From NCBI GenBank assembly GCA_026026165.1, contig JAPEUD010000016.1, positions 62,001 through 126,000 on the forward strand: a DNA stretch of 64,000 nucleotides, in the 5' to 3' direction. Position 1 is the stretch's first letter. Each line of letters begins with the position of its first letter. Below are positions 26,020-37,905 of this stretch, one piece after another. The translations under genes and the position numbers were made by a program. A model generated the notes under the pieces. The model did not search any database, was not told the origin of the DNA, and saw only the letters and a list, made by a program, of their open reading frames with translations. This DNA is from Sarea resinae. Taxonomy: Eukaryota.

Positions 26020-26426
26020 AAAGGCAAGAGAAATAAAGACACCATCTCAGATCCATCGTCCGCCGCCTCCTCCCTTCTTCCTTTGGATGATTTACGGCGG
26101 GCAAGGGAGAATGAAGGAACAAAAAAAAGGGGAGGGGAGGGGGGGAGACGTGTATGTGCTCTACACTCTACGTGGTCTACGCTCTAGAGAGAGTGGAGGG
26201 CGAAAGACAGAGGGAGGGAGAGTGAGGGATGTGTGTGTGTGTGTGAGAGAGGAGCGCAGCCGGACGGGGAGCAGAGAGAGGGAGAAGCTGACATCACAGC
26301 AGTAGTGTAACACGAGTAAATATACGAGTGAAGATACGAGAGTGTCAGGGCCATGAGATGATTGACAAAGTACGTTGATTTATCACACTACTTCTACCAC
26401 CACCACCACCAACAATATCAACAACA

Positions 26427-29400
26427 TTACCCCCGTGTACTCCTTAGAAAACCAACCACGCCCGAACAATACCCGACGAGTGATTCCAGACGGCGCGCCT
26501 CGGCGTCCTGCTCTCTCCGCCACGCTTGGAGCGCGGCCAGGAGACCCGCGCCGCCTTTCTCGTGTCCTGGACCATCAACGTCGTGGATATAGATATCGCC
26601 ATCGCCATCACCATCACCCTGACCGTCACCATAGTCACTGTTGGAAACAGCAGCGGCGACGACCTCGCCATGGATCTTGAGAAACACAGCCATCCACGCC
26701 TGCACGAGCTCGTAATCCCGCTTCTCCCTCAGCCGCTCCGTGAGCGCGGCTACAAAAGCCACGAGTTCCGTATACGGCGCCAAGCTGCTGAGCGAGCGGA
26801 TCTGGATGTCGGCCGCCGCAGGGGGCAGGGACTTGAGGAGCTCGAGCGCCGGCGCCAAGGTGCCGGTCTCGGTCGTGCCGCTGTGGAGGAGCGCTGTGAA
26901 TGACGATGATGACGACGCGGCGCCGCGTTCTAGGGCCGTGATGCGCGATCGTTCGGCCGCTGATACGACGGACGCTGGATCCGTGGTTGTAAGGGGAGTA
27001 GTGGTGTCTTTGAGTGAGGGAAGGAAGAAGGGCGCTTTTTCGGGCGCTTTGGGCGGCTCTTTGGGCTTGTTGCGTTGCTGATAGTCATGTTAGTCAACCA
27101 GTCGAGAAGAACGACAGAAAAGCCAAACCTTGATGGCGTCGAGATGGAGCAACGTCTGCCATCTGCTCCTGGGAACTAGACTGAGTGTCGTGAGATCTTG
27201 GCTCAGTTGCTCCAATGAAGCGCCCGCCGTCTCAGGGGTAAACTCTTCGGGGACGTCATCCTCGAATGCAGCATCGATGAGCCCCTGGCCGCCTTCACCG
27301 GTGATGGTAGGGCCGCTGACATCTGTGATCTCGTCTTCGGAGATATGTCTGGTCGGCACGTGAGTGAAGAGCGTGCGATTGTTCCTAGCAAAGTGTGAGC
27401 TGCGGACTAAAAGGCAATGACTTCAAGCTGACCATATGTTCACGCCTATGCTGTCGGCGTGGGCCGTGGCCAGAAACTCGCCCGTGTTCGAAAAGGCCAA
27501 GGCCGTGCATGTGCTATTGACGCGTATGGCATCTATGAGATGGCCAGTGGGCAAGTCCCAGACTCGGATAGTCGAGTCCACCGAGGCTGCGACGATCCAT
27601 CGACCATCGTTCGAGAAACACTGCCCATATGTCAGCTATGAATCTGCAGCAACATAAACCAATACTTACAAAATCAGTAATCTGCCCAGAGCATCCCCAG
27701 AGCTCTCGGACTAGCTTTTTGGTCTCGATATCGACCACACGAATGGACAGGTCATCACAGCTCAGAGCGATGAGGTCGCTCGATCGGTGATAACGGGAGC
27801 CGGTAATCGCACTCATGGGATGCCAATCAATTTCATCCTGGAGCATGCCAGTAGTAAAATCCCAGAACTGCCTCGACATCAGTATGGGGCATTCGCAACA
27901 TAAAATTATCTCGTACCTTGACCCTGCCATCTAAACTACAGCTGATGACGGTCCGATTCAGTCCATCAACCATGACCCCCGTGACAGCCCTTGTGTGTTT
28001 TCCTTGTCCCGGCCCAAACTTTTGCTTCTCCTTTTGTACTTTACTAAGATCGCCAGGATTACCTTGCTGGAGTTTGAGCCTCTTTGCTTGGGCTGGAGTC
28101 AGTCTGGCTGGGAATCGCTGCCGATGCTGACCGGATTGCAGGTTGAACATGTCGACGCCGCCACCTAGCGACCCAACCAAAGCGAATGTGCCGCATGGAG
28201 AAATGGCAACACTCTGAAATTCAGTGTCAGTCAGATAGCTGCGAGCAAATGCAGCTTGAAGAACGTACCTTGACTTCAGTCCCATCGCCTGTCTCAAATG
28301 CCCATCTTCCTGCTTTCTTTCTTCCCCAAAACCACGTACGTGCGAATTTATCTCCTTTATGACCTGTGACGACACTCTCCCATCCAGTAGCCCCACTAGC
28401 AGTCGCATCAACAGCATTCTTCTTGTTGCTAGCATTCGTCCAAACAGAGCCCTTGCCGACAGAGGACCCCATTCCACCGTCTCGATTCAATGAAGATGCA
28501 AGGCAGGTAATCTCCGGAGCTTTCAAATCCTCAAGGCTGAGTGTAGGCTCCGTAGAGGAAACACCAGCTCCCAGTATCCCCAGCCTTTTAGCCTTGCTCC
28601 TGACATTGCCCTGACTCAATTCCGTGCTCTGTCCATCTCGTCGCAAACTCCAAGCCCACAGACTTCTATCCCTTCCACTGCTGATCAACCATTTGCCCCC
28701 CGCCTCGGCACCATCGGCGTCAGAAGGCAGAAAATCTAGACGAGTTACTGGCGCAGCGTGACCGCTTCTCGAATGAAGAATTCGTGGGACAGGAGAAAAC
28801 GGCGACTCATCGAAGATCCATGATTTGAGCGCGTTGTCAAGCCCGCTTGTCATCAGCACTGGCTGACCACTCAAGAACTCGACCTTGCTGACACCGCCAG
28901 AGACCCCTCGATCCGAGGAAGAAGGAGGATTGTGCGCTCCGCGTAAGACGCCCATGACCCTCCCACCTTCATTGAGGTCCCACAATGTCACATCGCCATC
29001 TCCTACACCGGAAGTTGCCATGACACCTGCTTTCCTGCCGTCCTCGCCAGCTCCAAGTCCATCAGTGCGGAACGATATGCAGGTGACTGGGGAACGATTG
29101 GCATTGCTGGACTTGAGCATTATAATAGGCTTATCGCTTTTCACATCATGAATATTGAGTGCGCCATTGGCATACGCAATAGCAAGAAGGGACAAGGCAG
29201 GAGTTGGCTCAAGCGCAGTCACCGGCCCCGAGTCGGATGAAGGAGGAAGGATAGTGTAAATTAGTTTCCTATCACACCGTTAGAAGGCGCGAAACTTGAT
29301 ATCTGAGGCAATACATACCCTGTACTCAGATTCCATATCTCCACACCTCCGTCCTCCCTACCTACAAAGATTTTATTGAGAAAGGTCGGCATATTGCAGA

Positions 29401-30024
29401 CGCCTCCAGTCAAGACCTGGCCCGCGTTCTCTGTATTGGCACCGAGAGGGACGAGAGTCGTATAGTGCTCGTAGGAAGCGGACTTCCACACCAAGATCTG
29501 GTTGGAACAGCATCCCACAATCCACGAACCAAAGATGAGAATTTGCTTGACGGATTCGCGATGTCCTGATGGGATCTCCAATTCCCCGACTTTCTTGCCA
29601 CGCTTCAACACCCAGACACCGACAGCGCTACCCGCGACCTCGCCCCCCCAGGCGGCAAAGACACGATCCTTCCATGCCGTCGTCGCGGTGATGATCTCCG
29701 GGGTCTGCGGTCTGCTCAGAAAGACCAGATTCAGCCCTCTTCGAAGATCGTAAGTCTGCAAGCTTCGTCCCGCGGAAGTGGTGACCTGGAACGAGGTCTT
29801 GCCCAGCGGTACCGATGTGAAGGGGACGTCTGTCGGGGATACTAGGCCAACAGTCTAATGCGATCAGCTTGGTTCGAATCAATGTCCGGATGGCTTACTC
29901 TAAACGGCGCAAAGATTCGCGAGGCTTGAATCGGCTTGACATTATCCGCCAGACTTGTGTCGCCGGTCCTCTGGCGTTTGGCCAAAGGCCCCTCTTGCGC
30001 CTGAGGAATCACGGCAGAGGGCAT
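26427..30024 (-). CDS. UTP21: U3 snoRNA-associated WD40 protein Utp21 (WDR36 orthologue)
   Basis: Multi-exon. SRIFAPFR, QTYDLRRGLNLVFLSRPQTP, multiple WD repeats, RSGHAAPV, WESVVTGH, TLSLVPRSRWQTLLHLD, KAPEKAPFFLP, RDYELVQAWMAVFLKIHG. Confidence 0.93.
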
Positions 30025-30506
30025 TGTCGTGAAGCCGTGGCGATGCGGCGGATGGGCGGCTCTGCTTGATATTCGATGGATCTCGATGTTCTGCTCGAGA
30101 CCGATTCCATTATTTCATGTTGCTTTTGCCGATCAAACGATCAGTAGGGCTGTTTTTCGCGAGGTCGGCTACAGTTGCTCAAGTTACGTTGAATACCTTC
30201 AAAGAATTCCTTGGAAATTCCGTCATAGGCGAAGATCGAAGATCACATTCAGACTGATAGGCCACGATACCCGTCAAACTTGCAAAAAGCCTTCATCCAC
30301 GAATCCCCGTCCACAAATTCCATTCCCAATTATTCCTTCATTCCGGATGCAGTCTCACCGCCGATGACAGAGTGATCAATAGCATGGTACGCTCTGTGAT
30401 CTCTGTTACTTTTACACGCCGTCCATCGTAGGCTCTAGCAGCACTGACGATAGGGCCAATTGCAGAATCACACACTCTTTTCTTAACCTTGCTTCTGTCC
30501 TCAACC
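30025..30506. promoter_or_regulatory. Short bidirectional promoter shared by UTP21 and VIP1
   Basis: Divergent ATGs are only 482 bp apart. Confidence 0.6.
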
Positions 30507-33500
30507 ATGGCGTCCTTGGAGCGAATGGCGAGTAAGGACTCCACCGTCTCCCAAAATGACTCGGTCGACAGCAATTCTATCCCCCAACGACCGCGCATGG
30601 CGAGCCTCATCGGACAGCAGAGTGCTGAGGAAGGGACAACCGCGTTGAGAGCAGGAAGTGCTCCCGATAAGACAATGGGCGCATCCGCGGTGGATGAATC
30701 AGAGCAGCCAACGACTCCAGGAGGAGAGAGCCACGGATTCTCCCAGTCTCGGTCGTCTCCCACCCTGTCCATGTCTGACTCTGCTCTCCGATCACGACGA
30801 ATCCCGTCGAGCAATGTCGATACCGAATCCAATCGAGTCTCTCGGACGTCTTTCTCCTCGCTTTACTCTCTTGGCTCGGCCTTCTATAGTGGGGTTGGTG
30901 GCAATACAAACTCAACTCCGGCCTCGATACACGAAGGCATGTGGCACTCTTCATGGTTGGCCTTTGCACTACTGACATGCAAGTAGATCAGACGGAAGGA
31001 ACCACCGCCGCCACCGCCCCATCCCTTCAGAATCCTCCACAATCTCCTGCGCTTGGCTCGACCGAGCACCATTCGCCAGTGTCCCATGATCAACTGAAGC
31101 CGCTTGCTACCACCCATTTAGCTCATAGCCATTCATTAGCATCGACTGGCATTGGAATCTCCGGAGCTGCCCCAGCTTCCGCCAGGATCCAGCAATCTGC
31201 CGGTAGATCCCGCAGTCGGGTCCAGAGAAGGCTCAGTGGCAGTACTGCTGCGAGCAGTGCTAGCCCGAGTAGCGAGAGAGGACTACGTGGTGCGAAAGAA
31301 GGCAGAGATGTGGAGATGAAGCCTCCAGTGTACGGCAAAATCGGTGTTTGCGCGTTAGACGCAAAGGCCCGGAGCAAGCCAAGCACGAACATCTTAAACA
31401 GAATCATCTCCAAGGGGGAGTTTGAAGTTGTTGTCTTTGGAGACAAGGTCATTCTTGATGAAGAGGTCGAGAATTGGCCCACGTGTGACTTTCTCATCTC
31501 CTTTTTCTCCGAAGGTTTTCCGCTTGATAAGGCGATCGCGTACCAGTACCTTCGGAGGCCATTCTGTGTCAACGATCTGCCGATGCAAAAGATTCTCTGG
31601 GATCGTAGGCTATGTCTCATGATTCTCGATCGACTCAATGTTCCTACTCCCACTAGAGTAGAGGTCAATCGTGACGGAGGTCCGCGACTCAGTACGCCTG
31701 AACTTGCTCAGCATGTCTACGAGAAGAGCGGTGTGAAACTACTTGGCCCGGAAGATGGTACGGGCGGCGGAGCTGCCGCACCAAAGAAAGTCGAATTAAC
31801 AGAAGACGATGACGCCATATGCGTTGACGGGATCACACTCAAAAAACCATTCGTCGAGAAACCCGTAAGCGGAGAGGATCACAACATCCGGATTTATTAT
31901 CCTAAAAGCCATGGAGGTGGAGGTCGGAAACTCTTCCGCAAGGTTGGCAACAAGAGCTCCGAGTGGGATGAAAACCTTGTTGTCCCGAGAGCCTTGACGG
32001 AAGAAGGTGGCAGCTACATCTACGAGCAATTCCTTCGAGTTGACAATGCTGAAGATGTCAAGGCATACACGGTTGGACCCGAATTCTGCCATGCTGAGAC
32101 CCGGAAATCTCCAGTTGTCGATGGCTTAGTGCGCCGTAACACTCATGGCAAAGAGATCAGGTATGTGACGAGTCTGTCAAAGGAAGAGGCTGCTATGGCC
32201 TCGCGAATTTCCGAAGGGTTTGGGCAACGTATCTGTGGCTTCGATCTGCTACGAGCGGGAAATAAGAGTTATGTGATTGACGTGAACGGCTGGAGTTTCG
32301 TAAAGGACAACAATGAATATTATGACAAGGCTGCAAGCATTCTCAAAAACATGTTCATCAGCGAAAGGCTTAGAAGAGACGGAAGGACTTCGACTTCCGA
32401 GGTCCCAGAGGCTGGTACAGAGAGAAGCTCCCCCCCTCATGCAGCTCGCAGATCCACGACAAATCATCGATCGACATTGAAGACCATTCTCCGATCCCCG
32501 AGCATGTCAAGACTTCCTGCACATCATGGCGGTCGTGCTCATGGCGCCGCGTCTCCAGATCTTCCAGCATCCACCGTTCCGATGACCTCCCCTCCTAGCT
32601 TGGACAGGAACTATGTCTCGCAGCAGCCGTCCATCCCGTTACAGAAATCAAATCCGATATCTTCGTCCACATCACCCAGCTCGGCGCCATCCGAATCTGC
32701 TCCTCCACCCACTGACCAGCCAGTCGCCGCCCCTCCAGCTCCGAAACATACGTGGAAGCTGAAGGGAATGGTTACGGTCATTAGGCATGCAGATCGGACT
32801 CCGAAACAGAAGTTCAAGTTTACCTTTCATACAAAGCCCTTTGTGGATCTCCTCAAAGGTCATCAGGAGGAAGTTTTGCTGGTTGGCGAAGCTGCTTTAG
32901 GGAGCGTTATGGATGCGGTCGACGAGGCGTTGAACGAGGGAATCGAAGATCCCGAGAAGCTGAGACTTCTTCGCACTTCCCTTGCAAGAAAAGGAGGCTG
33001 GCCTGGCACCAAGGTCCAAATCAAGCCAATGTTTCGCAAACCAAAATCGGAAGAGACTGAAAAGCAAAAGAGCAAATCAGCCAAGCAAAGCGAAACGATC
33101 CCCACGACCAATACTTCGTCGGGCGACTCTGTTTCAAAAAATCCCTTGGAACTTGCAAAGCACCAGAGCCGGGCAGATTCTCTGTCTGACGTCACGCTTT
33201 CCCGAATTTCAGCAGTAGAGCATAACCTTGTCCTCGATAAGCTTCAACTGATTATTAAATGGGGCGGTGAGCCTACCCACTCCGCTCGGTATCAGTCCCA
33301 GGATCTGGGAGAGAACATGAGGAACGATCTCCTGTTGATGAACAAGGAAGCCTTGGAAGATATTTCCATCTTCACAAGCTCAGAGCGGAGAGTAAACACC
33401 AGTGGTAAGTGATCAAGGATTCTTAAAAGACGTAAGGCTCTGACGATCTTAGCACAAATCTGGGCAGCATCATTTCTGGATGAAAAGGAGCTTCCAGAAG

Positions 33501-35170
33501 ATTTCATCTCGGTAAGAAAGGACCTTCTCGATGACTCGAACGCTGCCAAGGACGAGATGGACAAGGTCAAGAAGAAGCTCAAGACTCTGCTGAGAGAAGG
33601 CAATAAAGCACCACCTCAGTTTGCTTGGCCCAAAGAGAACATGCCGGAGCCATCTGTCGTGCTTGCCACCGTTACGGATCTCATGAAGTTTCATCGTCGC
33701 GTGATGCATCTCAATTTTCGAAAGATTAGAGGTGGTTCCTCGGGCGGTGACAGTACGAGCTCTGCTGGAGGAGCATCAGCCCAAGTACCCACGGCCTCTG
33801 GTATTCAAGCCCGCTGGTGTTGTGGTGAAGACGCCGACCTTTTCAAGGAACGCTGGGAGAAGCTCTTCGTAGAGTTTTGCGACTCCGAAAAAGTAGATCC
33901 CAGCAAGATCTCGGAGCTGTACGATACAATGAAGTTCGACGCTCTTCATAATCGCCAATTCCTCGAATGGGTCTTCACGCCGAGTTCGGACATGCTAGTA
34001 GACGACAGCAGTAATGACGGCTTGCACCCGTCTTCACCCAGCGAAGAGAAAACCGTGGACCTCTCTCTCCCAGGAGGCCTCAAGCACGATTCGAGTGAAA
34101 ACAGCGGCAGCGAAAAACCACAGCACGCAGAAAAGGGTAATTTTGCTCAACGAATCGGCTTCCGTCGCCGCTCCGTCTTGAACCTTCACTCCCCACGCCC
34201 CATCCCCACGGAACAATCTCCAGAATCCTACTTCAGCCTCTTTACAGGCAGCAACAACGGAGGCCCAAGCAAAGCAAAGATGGACATTCGGCTCGAGAAG
34301 CTGCGCGAGCTCTACCGACTTTCGAAGGTTCTCTTCGACTTTGTCGGGCCGCAAGAATACGGCATCGCGGACAGCGAGAAGCTCGAGATCGGCCTCTTGA
34401 CATCGCTGCCGCTGCTCAAGGAAATCGTCACCGACCTGGAAGAAGTACAGGCATCGGACGGCGCGAAATCGTTTGTCTACTTTACCAAGGAATCGCACAT
34501 CTATACGCTGCTGAACTGCATCCTGGAAGGCGGCATCCAGACCAAAATCCAGCGCAACGCGATCCCAGAACTCGACTACCTCTCCCAAATCGCCTTTGAG
34601 CTGTACGAGAGCGAGAATAAGGCAGCCGACCACGAGCCGCTGAGTTTTGACTACTCGATCCGCATTAGTATCAGTCCGGGCTGTCACACGTTTGACCCGC
34701 TTGACGTCCAATTGGACAGTAAACACTGCATTGGCTGTGCGCCGCGCCGAAGTCTCACGGCCCACGAGGACTGGAAGAAGGTCATTGGTACGCTCCGGGA
34801 TAAATTTCACACGGTCAAATTGCCCAAGAGCTTCATTGCCGTCAACCTGAGCGATAAGATGCCGCAGGCTTTCAGTCGTCGGAGGAGCAGTGGGAATGGT
34901 GATGGCGAGGGCGATGGCGGTAGTGATGGTAACGAGAGTCGTAGTATGGATGGAGACGCCGTCATTCTCGGTCACCATAGTCACCAGGGCCCCGACAACG
35001 CGCATGGCCAGTCTGGCCCCGAAAACGGCCATACTAAACCCGAAGCCGAACCTAAACCCGAGCCCGAGCCCGAGTCCGAGCCTGTCGCCGTTCACGAAAA
35101 CCCTGTGGACGACGCCCACCTCAACGACGAGATCTCAGAGACGATGGACGCGGCCTCATCCTCCTCGTGA
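30507..35170 (+). CDS. VIP1: Inositol hexakisphosphate/diphosphoinositol-pentakisphosphate kinase Vip1/Asp1
   Basis: Exons 30507-30936, 30987-33404, 33453-35170. ATP-grasp kinase motifs [48 protein letters not shown]. Histidine acid phosphatase-like domain [12 protein letters not shown] and [11 protein letters not shown]. Confidence 0.96.
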
Positions 35171-36109
35171 ACGAGGATAGCATCTTCCCGTTCCCGTCTT
35201 AGTCTCGTGGTCTTGTATTGATTTCGTCGATTCGCTCTAGACTGACCGATCCTGTGCATTCATACTCAACTTTTACTCCGAGATACCGATATCCATGTCC
35301 ATGTCCATGTCCACGTCCAAGTCCATGGCGACACTGGTATCGATATTTTTCCTCTGTTCCCTTCACTGCGTTCAACCTCCTTGGTTTGGTTTCTCTTTAT
35401 CTGTACCATACTACACGCTACCGTAATATACCTACCTTGAGACTCTGTACATAATATGTCCTTTCCGCTCTCCGCCAGTTCACCAGGCCGCCAGGCCGCC
35501 ACGGCGAAGAATAGAATACCACCAGTACTACTAGCTCCTCAATGTCTTGTCTCTTTCCTCTTTCCTCTTTCCTCTTTCCTCTTGTTACTGTCGACACGGC
35601 AAGCAGTTCTTTTTTTCCTCTCCTAGTTTCTCCACAGCAGATAGACAATACGTGTAATAGAACGGATGGTGAAGGGGGAGGGGAGAGGGGACAACCAACG
35701 GAAACACCTCGATAGATAGATAAATGCTCGATAGAAATACACAGCTACACAGCTACACAGCTCCACGGCTAGAAAATAAAAACCTATCTATATATATATG
35801 TATCTCATAAATGGTCCACGAACAGACTTCACTCGTCCAATTTCATTTCATTTCATTTCATCCCCCCCCTTCTTTCTTTCTCTTCTTGGGATCCCGCTAC
35901 GGGTTACGGGTTACGGGTTGGTTGGCTAGTTAGTTGGTTGGGTTGGGACGTATAAGTGTCTATCTGTCTATCTATCTATCTATCTCGGAAAAACAAGAAA
36001 AAACATCGCTCGCTCGAATGTGAGTGAGTGAGTCCGGCTAGAGAGAAAAAGTGAAGGGAAAAAAGGAAGGGAAAGGGGGATCACTCGCTCGCTCGCTCGC
36101 TCGAGTGGG

Positions 36110-36111
<2 letters not shown>

Positions 36112-36141
<30 letters not shown>
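36112..36141. repeat. Poly-G tract (about 30 nt)
   Basis: Read directly; homopolymer length may be assembly-dependent. Confidence 0.9.
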
Positions 36142-36504
36142 CTGGGGGGCTCTATAGCTCTTTTTTTCTATATCAGACGTCTTCGGTGGTGGAAAGGGAA
36201 GAAAGAAAGAGAGAAAGCCAGCGCCGTTGTTCTCGTTCGCATTCGCATTCGCATTCGCAATCTCCGCGTTCGTGATGTCCTTTTTCCTTGTGTTTCGTTC
36301 CAGCTGCACTAAGGACAGGGAGAAGGATAAGCCAAGAGTAGAGAAGGGGGGGCGCGGTAGGCTGGGAGGGGGTGGAGGGGAGGGGGACCGTTGGGACTTC
36401 TAGATTCAAGGTTTCGAGATTGTGGCTGTGACTGTGACTGTGATGACGATGCACAAGCGTTCCATCAAGGGTGTGCGTGAGCCATCCATCCATCCATCCA
36501 TCAA

Positions 36505-37565
36505 TCAATCGTACTTGAATCTTCCGTCGACTTGGCTCCACAGCTCCTCGATGACCTCCTTCTGGCCGCTCGGCGCGCCTCGCACGGCAAAGTACCGGCG
36601 TCCCTCCACCGTCGGCTCCCAGCCGCCCGGATGCGCATCCACCATGACGCCGCCGGCTTCCGTGAGGATGACCCAGCCCGCCGCCACATCCCAGGCCCAG
36701 CAGCCGGCCTCCCAGTACATGTCCAACCGGCCGGTGGCGACGCCGCAGAGGTTCAGGGCCGCGCTGCCGAGCGAGCGGAGAGAGTGCACCATGCTGCCGC
36801 CGTCGGACTTGGCGCCGGCAAGCTTGTAGTACGTGTCGCACTTGAGCTTGTAGTTGTTGCCGGAGCGGTCGGAACCCCACTCGACGGCGACAAGCGCTTT
36901 GCTGAGGCCCTGCAGCGGCTCCGGCGCGCCCTTGAGTGGGAGCCTGTGCGTCTGGTTGAGGTAGGAGCCCTGGCCCTTGATGGCGCTGTACATATCCTTG
37001 GTGAAAGGGTTGTAGACGATGCCGACGACGGGGGTGCGCCCGATGGTGAAGCCGAGCGAGATCGACACGTACGGGTTGTTGTGTACGAAGTTGGTGGTGC
37101 CGTCGATCGGGTCGCAGATGAACGTCGGGGCATCCGTGAGGGTCATGCCGGGTTTGTAGGTCTCCTCACCGAGGAAGCTGTGGCAGGGGGTTGGATGAGC
37201 CGTTTGTCACCCGCACAAAGAGAAAACTTCTTCGGGAAGAGAACTGGGGATGGTCGGGATAGGGAGAGAAGCGTGGGACAGGAACGTACGAGTAATCCGG
37301 GTATTTGGATTGAAGAGTTGTGGAAACCATCTTCTCGACGGCTTGGTCGGTTTCAGTGACGAGATCGACGGCTGTAAATCAATTGAGTCAATGTCAACGG
37401 CTTTCTTTTGATCGCGCGCGCTGAACGAGCGACGAGTGAAGTCTTACAATTCTTCTTCTCCCCGGTCTCGCTGTGCCAGGGTTGGGCACCCGTGATCATC
37501 TCGCCCGCCTTCTTGGCCACGGCCACGAGGGTGTCATGGATCTCTTGAAGGTTCGGTTGCGCCAT
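36505..37565 (-). CDS. Inositol monophosphatase (IMPase)
   Basis: Three exons. Motifs DLVTETDQAVE, FLGEET, CDPIDGTTNFVH, RSLGSAAL, WAWDVAAG. Confidence 0.94.
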
Positions 37566-37857
37566 TGTCGTCGTCGTACGGCGGTTGCGTGAGGCGCGAG
37601 ATGGAAAAGGTCAATCGAGAGCGGAATGAGATCACGAATGAGGATGTGGAGGTGGAAGTGTGTGGAGCGTGATGATCGAGGTCGAGGCAGGAAGGTGAGG
37701 GTTGTAAGACGGTGATGATGGTGGGGCAACGGCGGCGGTGGTTCTGGTGTGGAGGTAGCGGTGGATTGGTGTGGGTTGGGGTGAATTGGTGGATTTCGTG
37801 AATATTGGGGCAGAATGGGTGTGCTCGGAGTAGTGTCGGTGGTGTTTTGCCGATGTC

Positions 37858-37905
37858 TGCTGTTTGCTGTTTGCTGTTTGCTGTTTGCTGTTTGCTGTTT
37901 GCTGT
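37858..37905. repeat. (TGCTGTT)n heptamer tandem repeat, about 7 copies
   Basis: Read directly, upstream of the IMPase gene. Confidence 0.9.
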
